A DNA stretch of 64,000 nucleotides from Myxococcota bacterium (GTDB lineage Bacteria; Myxococcota_A; UBA9160; UBA4427), in the NCBI GenBank assembly GCA_041440805.1, contig JASDVF010000016.1, positions 7,138-71,137 of the forward strand. Reading direction: 5' to 3'. Positions within the stretch are counted from its first letter, which is position 1. Each line of letters begins with the position of its first letter. Shown one piece after another: positions 54,506-63,523 of the stretch. Under the pieces are notes generated by a model, which made no database searches, was not told the DNA's origin, and was given only the letters and a program-made list of their open reading frames with translations. A program made the translations under genes and the position numbers.

Positions 54506-55507
54506 TTAGACCCGGGGAGCCGCGGAGAGGTCGTGGCTTTGTGGGCCGACGAAGTCCGCGAGGGTTTTGTCGAGGGGGGTGAGTTCAATATCGAGGGCCT
54601 TGCAGAAAGCCTCGGGATTCGTTCGATCGTCGTGCTGGAGAATGTCGAACATGGGACGACTAACGGGCGGGTTCGTTAAGAACCGGTCAAGAATGCCAAC
54701 GGCGAAGCGGGCTAGGCCGACGGGAAGCGAGCTGATCCTGGGCTCATTCTTGTAGAGCCGCGCAGCGCGCAATGCGAGGTTTTTTTGCGTGAGACACTCG
54801 GGGCCACCGGCGTCGAGCTGCATGTCTCGACCCGGCGCTGCCACACATGCGGCGATTACAGCCGTCACGACATCTCGTGCATCGATCGGTTGCTGAAGGG
54901 TTTTGCCGCCTCCGACCAGGCGCAGATTGGTTGCCTGCGCTTGCTTTCGTAGAGAGGCCGAAGCCGGGTCGTCTCCGCCTAACACCATGGGGACTCGAAT
55001 TACGGTCGTCGCAACGCGGCCATCAAGGAGCGACATCTCAGCTCGTCCCTTCGAGGCGAGGCAGGCGTTGTCGGAGCCCGGGGCGCTTCCTAGGATTGAG
55101 AGGTAGACGATGCGGGAAACGCTCGCTCGATTCGCTGCGAGCGCGAGGGCGTGACAAGTGTGTTCGTGGGCGTCGATATAATGCGTGCCCGGTGTTTCTT
55201 TGATGATGCCGACGAGATGGATGACCGCGTCGGCGCCTTCGAGGGCTGCTTCCATTTCGCGGGGGCTCGTGTAATCGACGATCTGAATCTTGGGGGCGGG
55301 GTCGAGGCCTAACGCCTCGACGGTGGCCTCCGCTCGTTCGGATCGAACGAGGGCACGGACTTTTGGATGACCCATGCCCGCGAGGCGGGTCAGGAGGGCG
55401 CGACCGAGTTGGCCGTTCGCGCCGGTAACGACGATAGAAAGAGGGGCTTCGGATAGGGAAGAGCTCACAGGAAGATCATAGTCCGTTCTGGCCGTGTGCC
55501 GAGTCAC
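54506..55507 (-). CDS. NAD(P)-binding SDR / NmrA-like epimerase-dehydratase family protein
   Basis: Rossmann motif IVVTGANGQLGRALLTRL. About 330 aa. Start uncertain; an alternative GTG lies at 55468. Confidence 0.7.
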   Translation of the reverse strand: MTRHTARTDYDLPVSSSLSEAPLSIVVTGANGQLGRALLTRLAGMGHPKVRALVRSERAEATVEALGLDPAPKIQIVDYTSPREMEAALEGADAVIHLVGIIKETPGTHYIDAHEHTCHALALAANRASVSRIVYLSILGSAPGSDNACLASKGRAEMSLLDGRVATTVIRVPMVLGGDDPASASLRKQAQATNLRLVGGGKTLQQPIDARDVVTAVIAACVAAPGRDMQLDAGGPECLTQKNLALRAARLYKNEPRISSLPVGLARFAVGILDRFLTNPPVSRPMFDILQHDDRTNPEAFCKALDIELTPLDKTLADFVGPQSHDLSAAPRV

Positions 55508-56777
55508 CGGAAAGGGAAGGTGTTCGCGTTCGGGTCCGAACGAACGCAGCTGCAGCGGCTAGGGCGAGTAGCCAGACGCCCAGGCTCGCCAGAGCCAAAG
55601 AAAGGCCAATCCCATTAGCTAGACGCCCGGTCAGCCAAGGGACGACGAAACCACCCAATGATCCGAGTCCGCCGGCGAGTCCAACTGCTGTTCCTGCGGA
55701 GGAGGGGAAGGCGATTCCGGCGAGACCAATCATGACAGGAAAGACACCGCCCAGGAAGAACCCGACGCCTGCCATAGCAACTTCCGGGGATCCTATCAGG
55801 CCGCCACCGAAGGCCATAATGAGGAGCGCAGCGACTGCAGCGAAGGCCGAGAGAATTCCGGCCCCGATCGGTCGAGGCGAGAATCCGATTGCGAGTCGTC
55901 CGATCAATAGGCCGCCCCAGAATGCGCTGATCGTTCGCGCGGCTCTTGCGGTGTCGAGGCCGAATTCAGTTGATGCATGGTCGACGACGAACAGGCTAAT
56001 TGCGGATTCCACACCAACGTAGGCAAACGTTGCGACGCAGACGGCGGCGAGCGCGATGCGATCGTCCTTGGGCCGAAAACTCGCAAATGCCGCCGCGTTA
56101 TTCGTCGCGGCCCTGTTCATTTGAGCTTTGGCTTTGCGATAATGCCGGGGCGCGCGCATAGGTACGAAGAGCGCGCCGACCATCAATAGAATGTGGGCGA
56201 GGCCGACCACGCGGAAGGTTTCGTACCAAGGCATGCCTTCGCTCGTGCGAGCAACCGCGAATAGAAGCGGCGTTACGCTTGCGGCGAGGGTCGCGGCAGA
56301 ATGCACGAAGATCAGTCGACGTGGTGCCGAGGTCGAAGATTCCTCGACGATCAGTGCATTCAGAACGGTTTCGTAGAAGCCTGCTCCGAAGCCAATCGCG
56401 ATCGTATGTGCGAGTAGAGCGGCGTAGCTTGTATTAGGGCCGAGGGTCGTCGTTGCGAGAAGGACGATGCCGCAGGCGGCAAGATACAGTGGTCTCCTCG
56501 GGAAGCGATCGATGATCGGGCCCGCGAGTATTATGCCGCAACCGAGTCCCAGGGAGAGCATCGACCCGAGTAGACCCAAGTCGGCGTAATCGAGCGATAG
56601 CGACTCGATGAGCTCGCTGCTATTCGCGCCGAAGAGCACCAGCAGAGCCCCGAAACCGAGGAAGCTCGCCACGGAGAGCACGGTCAGAGGGAAGGTGGGC
56701 AAAGCCCCCTCTACATCATGTTCAGTTCGAGCCGAGCGGCATCCGACATCATGTCGACGCTCCACGGCGGATCCCAA
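55476..56777 (-). CDS. MFS transporter (start uncertain; the 5' end of the ORF overlaps sufT)
   Basis: About 12 TM helices. MFS signature-like loop GPIIDRFPRRPL. Confidence 0.7.
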   Translation of the reverse strand: MGSAVERRHDVGCRSARTEHDVEGALPTFPLTVLSVASFLGFGALLVLFGANSSELIESLSLDYADLGLLGSMLSLGLGCGIILAGPIIDRFPRRPLYLAACGIVLLATTTLGPNTSYAALLAHTIAIGFGAGFYETVLNALIVEESSTSAPRRLIFVHSAATLAASVTPLLFAVARTSEGMPWYETFRVVGLAHILLMVGALFVPMRAPRHYRKAKAQMNRAATNNAAAFASFRPKDDRIALAAVCVATFAYVGVESAISLFVVDHASTEFGLDTARAARTISAFWGGLLIGRLAIGFSPRPIGAGILSAFAAVAALLIMAFGGGLIGSPEVAMAGVGFFLGGVFPVMIGLAGIAFPSSAGTAVGLAGGLGSLGGFVVPWLTGRLANGIGLSLALASLGVWLLALAAAAAFVRTRTRTPSLSGDSAHGQNGL

Positions 56778-57151
56778 ACGAGATCAAGAGAGCAGTCCTT
56801 CACGCCCATCACGTTTCGGACTTTGTCCTCCACTTCGGGAGGCAGCGTTTCTGCGACGGGGCACATAGGTGTCGTGAGGGTCATCGTGACATGGGCTTCG
56901 CCATCGTCAGTCACGTCGACCCCGTAGACGAGACCGAGTTCGTAGATGTCCACGGGGATCTCGGGGTCGTACACGGTCTTGAGAACAGCAATGATTCGGT
57001 CGCGAATCTGCATGGCGGGGCTGAGGCCCTTGCCTGCGTTGCTGTCCGGCGTGCCGGCTGCTTTGTTGACTTCCTGCTCTTCAGTCATGGTCTCTTCCGT
57101 CGTATCGGGAGCTGCTGCGCCCGTCAGTTTCGCTTTTAAGCGTTCGAACAT
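56711..57151 (-). CDS. sufT: DUF59-family Fe-S assembly protein (SufT-like)
   Basis: IRDRIIAVLKTVYDPEIPVDIYELGLVY...MTLTTPMCPVAE is the DUF59 signature. Last gene of the suf cluster. Confidence 0.8.
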   Translation of the reverse strand: MFERLKAKLTGAAAPDTTEETMTEEQEVNKAAGTPDSNAGKGLSPAMQIRDRIIAVLKTVYDPEIPVDIYELGLVYGVDVTDDGEAHVTMTLTTPMCPVAETLPPEVEDKVRNVMGVKDCSLDLVWDPPWSVDMMSDAARLELNMM

Positions 57152-57199
57152 GCGGTCCTGCTTTTTTTCGACCTATCTGAGAAGGGGCCGTCGTTTTTC

Positions 57200-57652
57200 C
57201 TATTCAGTATGTGCGGTTTGACCGCCGTCGAGTGCGGACTTGAGCGCATGCCAAGCGAGCGTCGCACATTTCACGCGCATGGGATATTCCCGAACGCCCG
57301 AGAACACCGCGAGTTTTCCGAGGCCTTCCGTATTCGCTTCTTCGCTCGGGGAGGAAGTAACGAGGCCGTGAAAGCGTTCAAAGTCGTCGCTTACCTCTGC
57401 GAGAGTTTTGCCTTTTACATGGTCTGTCATAAGCGAAGCTGACGCCTTCGAAATCGCGCATCCGGTGCCCTGGAAAGAGACGTCTTCGAGGGTTCCGTCG
57501 GGAGCAACCTTCGCGTAAAGCGTCAACTGGTCACCGCAGAGCGGGTTATGGCCGTCCGCTTCATGGCTCGCGTCTTCGATCGTACGAAAATTCCGCGGCT
57601 TCTTGTTATGTCCCAGGATCGTTGCCTGGTAGAGCTCTCTAAGGTCGTCCAT
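57200..57652 (-). CDS. sufU: SufU/IscU-like Fe-S cluster assembly sulfur-transfer protein
   Basis: NPLCGD, GTGCAISKASASLM and C-terminal KCATLAW are the three conserved Cys motifs of SufU. Confidence 0.88.
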   Translation of the reverse strand: MDDLRELYQATILGHNKKPRNFRTIEDASHEADGHNPLCGDQLTLYAKVAPDGTLEDVSFQGTGCAISKASASLMTDHVKGKTLAEVSDDFERFHGLVTSSPSEEANTEGLGKLAVFSGVREYPMRVKCATLAWHALKSALDGGQTAHTE

Positions 57653-57756
57653 CTATGGGCCTGTTCGGATCCGTTCTTGAAGGAAAGGGTTGTGGTTTCG
57701 CTATTTCTGGGAGCGTTGGGACCCTACGGTCGTCGGAACGCCCGGGAAAGAAGATA

Positions 57757-58977
57757 TTATGCGAAGAGGTCCGCCGTCTTGATGAGTGCTTTGACTAGGC
57801 GGTCGATGTCTTCGCGAGTGTTGTAGAAGGCGAAGGAGGCGCGCGCCGTGGCGGGCACGCCCATTCGCTTCATGAGCGGTTGCGCGCAGTGATGTCCTGC
57901 TCGAACAGCAATACCTTCACCGTCGAGGCAAGTCCCGATGTCGTGAGGGTGGGCATCGTCGAGGACGAAGGAGATGACAGCAGCCTTCTCTTTGGCTTGG
58001 CCGATGATGCGAAGTCCAGGAACAGTGGCGAGTCGCTCGGTCGCGTAGACCAGAAGCTCGTGTTCATAGGCCGCGATCTCGTCCATGCCGATCGCCTCGA
58101 GATAGTCGATGGCGGCTCCGAAGCCGATGATCGAGGCGATGTCTGGAGTGCCTGCTTCGAATTTGTGTGGGACGGGAGCGAAGGTCGTGCCCTCGAAGGA
58201 CACACTTTCAATCATGTCGCCGCCACCTAAGAAAGGGGGCATTGCTTCGAGTAGATCCATCCTGCCGTGAAGCACCCCGGCCCCACTGGGTCCAACAACT
58301 TTGTGACCGGAGAATACGTAGAAGTCCGCACCGATCTCATCCACGCTCACGCGCTGGTGGGGAACCGCCTGCGCGCCATCGACCAGCGTCGTGATCCCGC
58401 GGTCGCGAGCGAGAGCGACAAGTTGGGTGACAGGATTGATCGTGCCGAGTGCATTGGACACGTGCGTAAAGGCGAGGAGTTTCGTCTTCGGCCCGAGCAG
58501 GGACGTTAAGTGTGCGACATCGAGGACGCCGTCGTCATCAATCTCTGCGACGCGAATGACCGCTCCACATCGTTTGGCGAGCATCTGCCACGGAACGATA
58601 TTCGCGTGATGCTCCATTTGCGTTAGGACGATTTCATCGCCTTCGGAGATGTTCTGCTCGCCCCAGCTTCGGGCGACCAAATTGATGGCCTCGGTCGCAT
58701 TCCTGACGAAGATGATTTCACGTTCGTTGGCTGCGCCAATGAATGCCGCAACCTTGCCGCGGACGGCTTCGAATTGGCGGGTTGCCTCGGCGGAAAGGTG
58801 GTAGACGCCGCGATGAATATTTGCGTAGTGCGCGGAATAGAAGTCGGCCATCGCATCGATGACGACGCGAGGCTTCTGCGCGCTGGCGCCGCTATCGAGA
58901 TAGGTGAGCGGTTGCCCGCGCATCTCGGTGCTGAGGATCGGGAACTCGCTACGGATCTTTTCGACGTCTAGCGTCAT
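57757..58977 (-). CDS. sufS: Cysteine desulfurase, SufS type (class V aminotransferase)
   Basis: PLP-Lys motif FSGHKVVGPSGAGVL and catalytic-Cys loop RAGHHCAQPL. Confidence 0.93.
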   Translation of the reverse strand: MTLDVEKIRSEFPILSTEMRGQPLTYLDSGASAQKPRVVIDAMADFYSAHYANIHRGVYHLSAEATRQFEAVRGKVAAFIGAANEREIIFVRNATEAINLVARSWGEQNISEGDEIVLTQMEHHANIVPWQMLAKRCGAVIRVAEIDDDGVLDVAHLTSLLGPKTKLLAFTHVSNALGTINPVTQLVALARDRGITTLVDGAQAVPHQRVSVDEIGADFYVFSGHKVVGPSGAGVLHGRMDLLEAMPPFLGGGDMIESVSFEGTTFAPVPHKFEAGTPDIASIIGFGAAIDYLEAIGMDEIAAYEHELLVYATERLATVPGLRIIGQAKEKAAVISFVLDDAHPHDIGTCLDGEGIAVRAGHHCAQPLMKRMGVPATARASFAFYNTREDIDRLVKALIKTADLFA

Positions 58978-60359
58978 GCGGAATCCCTCCTTGGGCTCGA
59001 CCCGGGGAGCATCGAACTAGGTGAAGACTGAAGCGAAGAAAGCGCCGCATCGACGCGCTCGCCCATGAGGACTCGTGTCGCTTCGTCTCCGACGCCGTCG
59101 ACGATCGTCTGCGCGAAGCCGCGTGTCATCAAGAGGCGTGCGTCGGATTCGCCGATTCCTCGCGCTCGAAGAAAGAAGAGCGCCTCGGTGTCGAGTTGCC
59201 CGATCGTTGAGCCGTGGCTGGCTTTGATGTCATCTGCATAGATCTCGAGCTGGGGCTTCGTGTCGATCGAAGCGCCGTCAGAGAGCAGGATATTGGGGTT
59301 CGATTGACGCGCATCGGTCTTCTGTGCACCCGGCCGCACGATCACACGCCCGCGGAACACGCCCGCGGATTTGTCGCCGAGCACGCCACGGTATTCCTGG
59401 TCGCTGGAACAATGCGGAGCGGCGTGGTCGACGGTCGTAAAGTGATCGTGATGTGCGCTGCCGCTGCCCAAAAAGAAGCCATGCATGCGGGTCGTGGCTG
59501 CCGGTCCCTGAAGGTCGACACTGAGTTCATTTCGAACCAGGCCTTCGCCTAACGTGAATATGTGAGAATCGAAATGAGCATCGCGCTCAACCCGCGCAAA
59601 GGTCTGCGTGACGTGAATTCGCTTTGAGGGGCCCGACTGGCTTTCGATGAATTCGACTCGCGCGTTTGCGGACAGGAGGAATTCGGCCACGAGTCCCGTG
59701 TATCCAGGAGCCTCGCCCTTGACTTCGTTCTCGAAAAGAACCGCCGCTTCCGCGCCTTCGCCGGCAACGACGAGCAGGCGAGGGAATGAAGCGCTCGCCG
59801 TGCCTTCGGCTCCGGTGAGAGAGGTCGAGTACGAGACGATGCGCAGGGCACGAGCAGGTTTTGCGTTAGGGGCTAGTTCGATCACCGCGACGTCTTCGAA
59901 GAGCGCCCCGTTGAGCGCAACGAGTGCGTCAGTTTTCGAGTCGGCCAAGCATCCAAGGTTCGCGGCGACGAGCTGCGGAGCTTCCAGGGAAGCTTCGAGG
60001 AGCGAGAGGACGCGCGTGCCCTCTGGAAGCGCGGCCCGGTCTGCGGAAGCGCGGACCATTCGTCCGTCAACGAATACGAGGTCTGCGTCTACGTCCTGAA
60101 GCGAGTCAACGAACGAGGCGCTAGGCGCAGCCGTGTCAGTTCCGATCCGAGCAAAGTCCATTGCGCCGAGGGCAGAGAGGTTCGTTCCCTTCCAGCGTTC
60201 TTGTCGGCGACTGGGAAGTCCGACCTCATCAAAGGCTGCGATCCCTTCGGCGTGCATCGTTTCAAGACGAGTCGCGACCTCGGTCGCTGGGACGGAGCTA
60301 GCGCGTTCCGCGCCGATGTTTTTTCGCAGTCGTGCGAGTGAATCGACAGCCGCACTCAT
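58974..60359 (-). CDS. sufD: Fe-S cluster assembly protein SufD
   Basis: Beta-helix core with the C-terminal conserved block TKPQLEIYADDIKASHGSTIGQLD...LFFLRARGI. Overlaps both sufC and sufS by 4 nt. Confidence 0.9.
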   Translation of the reverse strand: MSAAVDSLARLRKNIGAERASSVPATEVATRLETMHAEGIAAFDEVGLPSRRQERWKGTNLSALGAMDFARIGTDTAAPSASFVDSLQDVDADLVFVDGRMVRASADRAALPEGTRVLSLLEASLEAPQLVAANLGCLADSKTDALVALNGALFEDVAVIELAPNAKPARALRIVSYSTSLTGAEGTASASFPRLLVVAGEGAEAAVLFENEVKGEAPGYTGLVAEFLLSANARVEFIESQSGPSKRIHVTQTFARVERDAHFDSHIFTLGEGLVRNELSVDLQGPAATTRMHGFFLGSGSAHHDHFTTVDHAAPHCSSDQEYRGVLGDKSAGVFRGRVIVRPGAQKTDARQSNPNILLSDGASIDTKPQLEIYADDIKASHGSTIGQLDTEALFFLRARGIGESDARLLMTRGFAQTIVDGVGDEATRVLMGERVDAALSSLQSSPSSMLPGSSPRRDSA

Positions 60360-61195
60360 GACGGCGCCCCGGCGCCCGCGGCACCATTATTGGCGCCCGC
60401 GGCACCATTATTGGCGCCCGCGGCGTCATCGTCGATGCCATCGATCCAGCCATAGCCCTTTGCTTCAAGCTCGAGGGCGAGGCTCTTGTCACCGGACTTC
60501 ACAATGCGGCCGTTTGAAAGAACGTGGACGTAGTCCGGGACGATGTAGTCGAGGAGCCTTTGATAGTGCGTGATGACGAGCATGGCGCGATCGGAAGAGC
60601 GCATTTGATTCACGCCGTTCGCGACGATGCGCAGAGCGTCGATGTCGAGGCCTGAATCGGTTTCGTCGAGGATGCAGAAGGACGGTTCGAGTAGAAGCAT
60701 CTGCAAGATTTCATTGCGCTTCTTCTCGCCACCGGAGAAGCCTTCGTTGATCGCGCGACCCATCATGTCTTCGGGCATTTCGACGAGCTTCATCTTCTCT
60801 TTTAGGAGGGTGAGGAAGTCGATCGCATCGAGGTCTTCGTCGCCGCGGTGTTCACGAATGGCGTTTACCGCGGTGCGGAGGAAGTAGTTGTTGGCAACGC
60901 CGGGAATTTCGACGGGGTATTGGAACGCGAGAAAGACGCCTTCGCGCGCGCGAATTTCGGGGTCCATCTCGATTAGGTTTTCGCCGCGGAAGTTGACTTC
61001 ACCCTGGGTGACTTCGTAGCCGGGCTTGCCGACGAGCACATTCGAGAGCGTGCTTTTGCCCGAGCCGTTCGGGCCCATGATGGCGTGGATTTCGCCGGCA
61101 CCGATTTCGAGGTCGATGCCCTGAAGGATCGGGGTCTCGCCGGCGGTGGCGTGAAGGTTCTTGATGGAGACGAGCGGAGATACGGACATGTTCAA
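60356..61195 (-). CDS. sufC: Fe-S cluster assembly ATPase SufC with an unusual repetitive C-terminal tail
   Basis: Walker A GPNGSGKST, ABC signature FSGGEKKR, Walker B ILDETDSGLD. The tail reads DDDAAGANNGAAGANNGAAGAGAPS. Confidence 0.93.
   Translation of the reverse strand: MNMSVSPLVSIKNLHATAGETPILQGIDLEIGAGEIHAIMGPNGSGKSTLSNVLVGKPGYEVTQGEVNFRGENLIEMDPEIRAREGVFLAFQYPVEIPGVANNYFLRTAVNAIREHRGDEDLDAIDFLTLLKEKMKLVEMPEDMMGRAINEGFSGGEKKRNEILQMLLLEPSFCILDETDSGLDIDALRIVANGVNQMRSSDRAMLVITHYQRLLDYIVPDYVHVLSNGRIVKSGDKSLALELEAKGYGWIDGIDDDAAGANNGAAGANNGAAGAGAPS
60371..60425. repeat. 21-bp tandem repeat, about 2.6 copies (ggcgcccgcggcaccattatt), inside the 3' end of sufC
   Basis: Exact copies at 60371-60391 and 60392-60412, with a partial third copy. 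Encodes (AAGANNG)n in the SufC tail. Confidence 0.85.
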
Positions 61196-61254
61196 ATTCC
61201 TGAGGAGCGGATGTAGAGGTTAGGTAGTAGGTCGAAGCTCGTGCGAGCGGTGGG

Positions 61255-62715
61255 CTAGCCGACGGCGCCTTCGAGACTAACGGCGAGAAGCGCCTGCGCT
61301 TCGACGGCGAATTCCATGGGGAGCTCACGAAGAACGTCCTTGCAGAAGCCGTTCACGATCATGGAGATCGCATCTTCTTCACTCATGCCGCGCTGGCGAC
61401 AGAAGAAGAGTTGATCGTCGCTGATCTTGGATGTTGTAGCTTCGTGTTCGACCGTCGCGGTGGGATTGCTTGCTTCAAGATAGGGGAACGTGTGCGCGCC
61501 ACACTGGTCGCCCATCAACAGCGAGTCGCATTGGCTGTAGTTGCGAGCGCCGTGCGCCTTCGGGCCCATTTTGACTAGGCCGCGGTAGCTCTGTTCGCCT
61601 TGACCGGCGCTGATGCCTTTGGAGATGATCGTGCTGGTCGTGTTACGACCGATATGAATCATCTTCGTGCCGGTATCCGCCTGCTGCTTGTGATTCGTCA
61701 TGGCGACGGAATAAAACTCGCCAATGGATTCATCGCCGATCAACAAGCAGGACGGGTACTTCCAAGTAATGGCGGAGCCGGTCTCGACCTGGGTCCAAGA
61801 AATCTTCGACCGGAAGCCACGGCATGCGCCGCGCTTGGTTACGAAGTTGAAGATCCCGCCGACGCCGTTTTTGTCGCCGGGGTACCAGTTCTGGACTGTT
61901 GAATATTTGATCTCGGCGCGATCGTGTGCGACGAGTTCGACGACGGCTGCGTGAAGCTGATTTTCATCACGCTGCGGCGCGGTGCAGCCTTCCAAGTAGC
62001 TTACGTACGCATCTTCATCTGCGATCAGAAGTGTGCGTTCGAACTGTCCGGTTCCCGCGGCGTTGATGCGGAAATAAGTAGAGAGCTCCATGGGGCAGCG
62101 GACGCCCTTAGGGATATAGGCGAAGGAGCCGTCGCTGAAGACGGCGGCATTCAGACATGCGAAGAAGTTGTCGGAGTACGGAACGACCGAGCCCAGATAC
62201 TTCTGAACGAGATCGGAGTGGTTCTCCACGGCTTCCGAGAAGCTGCAGAAAATGATGCCCTTCTTCTCGAGCTCGGCCTTGAAGGTCGTGGCGACCGAGA
62301 CGCTGTCGAAGACTGCGTCGACGGCGATGCCATTGAGTCGCTTCTGTTCGAGAAGAGAGATACCGAGCTTGTCGTAGGTCGAGAGAAGTTCGGGATCGAG
62401 CTCGTCGAGGCTCGAGATCTTCTTCATATCCTTGGGCGCCGAGTAGTAAACGATTTCGTCGTAGTTGATCTTCGGGAAGGAGACCTTCGCCCATTCGGGC
62501 GCAGCACCGTCTTCTTCGAGCATCTCGCGGAAGCGCTTGAACGCCTTCAGGCGATAGTCGAGCAGCCATTGGGGCTCGTTCTTTTTTTTCGAGATCAGCC
62601 GGACCACGTCTTCCGTTAGGCCCGGGTCTGCGCGGTCTTCTTCGATATCCGTAACGAAGCCGTACTTGTAGTCTTGTTCCGCGAGCTTCTCGAGATCGGG
62701 GTTTGCGCCTGCCAT
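61255..62715 (-). CDS. sufB: Fe-S cluster assembly scaffold SufB
   Basis: Highly conserved blocks: [51 protein letters not shown]. Confidence 0.95.
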   Translation of the reverse strand: MAGANPDLEKLAEQDYKYGFVTDIEEDRADPGLTEDVVRLISKKKNEPQWLLDYRLKAFKRFREMLEEDGAAPEWAKVSFPKINYDEIVYYSAPKDMKKISSLDELDPELLSTYDKLGISLLEQKRLNGIAVDAVFDSVSVATTFKAELEKKGIIFCSFSEAVENHSDLVQKYLGSVVPYSDNFFACLNAAVFSDGSFAYIPKGVRCPMELSTYFRINAAGTGQFERTLLIADEDAYVSYLEGCTAPQRDENQLHAAVVELVAHDRAEIKYSTVQNWYPGDKNGVGGIFNFVTKRGACRGFRSKISWTQVETGSAITWKYPSCLLIGDESIGEFYSVAMTNHKQQADTGTKMIHIGRNTTSTIISKGISAGQGEQSYRGLVKMGPKAHGARNYSQCDSLLMGDQCGAHTFPYLEASNPTATVEHEATTSKISDDQLFFCRQRGMSEEDAISMIVNGFCKDVLRELPMEFAVEAQALLAVSLEGAVG

Positions 62716-62725
62716 TGCGGTGTCC

Positions 62726-63226
62726 TTAGCGTTGTTCTGATTGAGGAGGAGGTCGATTCGCTTCGGGCGATCGATTGATCTGGAGCATGTTGCTCGTCAT
62801 TTCATTCATGCTGCGGTCGACGCGGCCGCCGACCAAATCCGCGAGCGTGATACCCGCGAGGGCTTGCTCGACGACTCGGGAGATTTGTTGCCAAGGCTCT
62901 CGCACGGCGCAGCCGGATTCGTGTTCGCATCGCGCAGGGCCTAGCGCGCAGTCGGTCAGTGCCAGCGGGCCTTCGAGTACGCGGATCATCTCAGAGACGG
63001 GCATCGAATCAGGCTCGCCCGCCAGGCTGTAGCCACCCTTGGAGCCGCGTTGGGAGATCAAGAGACCTTCTTTAGCGAGGACCTTCAGGACTTTGCTGAC
63101 CATTGGGACTGGGAGCTCGGAACTGGCCGCGAGCTCTCGCGCATTCTGCGTCGCCCTGCTCGAGTCGCTCGCGAGCTCGGCCATCAGCACGATTCCGTAG
63201 TCTGTCGTTTTGCTGAGTTTGAACAC
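62726..63226 (-). CDS. Rrf2-family transcriptional regulator with three clustered Cys (IscR/SufR-like Fe-S sensor)
   Basis: N-terminal [19 protein letters not shown] wHTH. Cys triad C-x6-C-x5-C ([18 protein letters not shown]). First gene of the suf operon. Confidence 0.85.
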   Translation of the reverse strand: MFKLSKTTDYGIVLMAELASDSSRATQNARELAASSELPVPMVSKVLKVLAKEGLLISQRGSKGGYSLAGEPDSMPVSEMIRVLEGPLALTDCALGPARCEHESGCAVREPWQQISRVVEQALAGITLADLVGGRVDRSMNEMTSNMLQINRSPEANRPPPQSEQR

Positions 63227-63296
63227 TTGGTCTCCGCACGCCTGCCTCGTTCAGAGGAAGCGTCATCGTCGACGAACCCCATTTTGAGACGACGCG

Positions 63297-63325
63297 ACTA
63301 TATCGGACCAAATCGGTACTGTAAA
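63297..63325 (-). promoter_or_regulatory. Sigma-70 type promoter of the Rrf2-suf operon (TTTACA-17 nt-TATAGT)
   Basis: The minus strand reads TTTACAgtaccgatttggtccgaTATAGT, about 70 nt upstream of the Rrf2 ATG. Confidence 0.6.
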
Positions 63326-63349
63326 TATCGGACTCTTTCAGTCCTATAT
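63325..63349. promoter_or_regulatory. IscR type-1-like palindromic operator ATATCGGACT-N5-AGTCCTATAT abutting the -35 box
   Basis: Inverted repeat GGACT/AGTCC flanked by ATAT/TATAT. Related TCGGAC half-sites at 63303, 63328 and (inverted) 63361. Confidence 0.5.
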
Positions 63350-63523
63350 GCACATGCAGGTCCGATTTACGGACTTTTTCGGCATTCCGAGCCCTCCCCG
63401 CAGGGGTATTCAAAGCACGCTCCACAGCGGACCAAGCAAGCAGCCCTGGTTCGTTCCGTAAAAGGAGACCAGCGCTGAGCGGATCACGCGCCGTCGTGAT
63501 CAGGCCGCTCGCCAAAATCTCAC

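Noticed and set aside
60371-60425. CRISPR-like or other interspersed repeat arrays.
   Set aside because: The only exact repeats seen are short contiguous tandem repeats without spacers: the 21-mer in sufC, the 12-mer at 54481, and the GGN tract in rho. No repeat-spacer architecture or cas genes are present.
10764-62621. Apparent excess of the heptamer GTTAGGC/GCCTAAC. I found 19 copies by eye, for example at 10764, 11850, 12060, 12549, 22326, 24889, 26808, 29002, 35087, 36435, 43730, 44716, 51015, 53089, 54977, 55307, 59547 and 62615. My rough base-composition estimate gives an expectation of about 8.
   Set aside because: Most copies are simply the in-frame TTA-GGC (Leu-Gly) codon pair. The hexamer GTTAGG is not enriched by the same estimate. 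Without genome-wide k-mer and codon-pair statistics I cannot distinguish a DNA-level signal (uptake or Chi-like sequence) from codon-pair bias.
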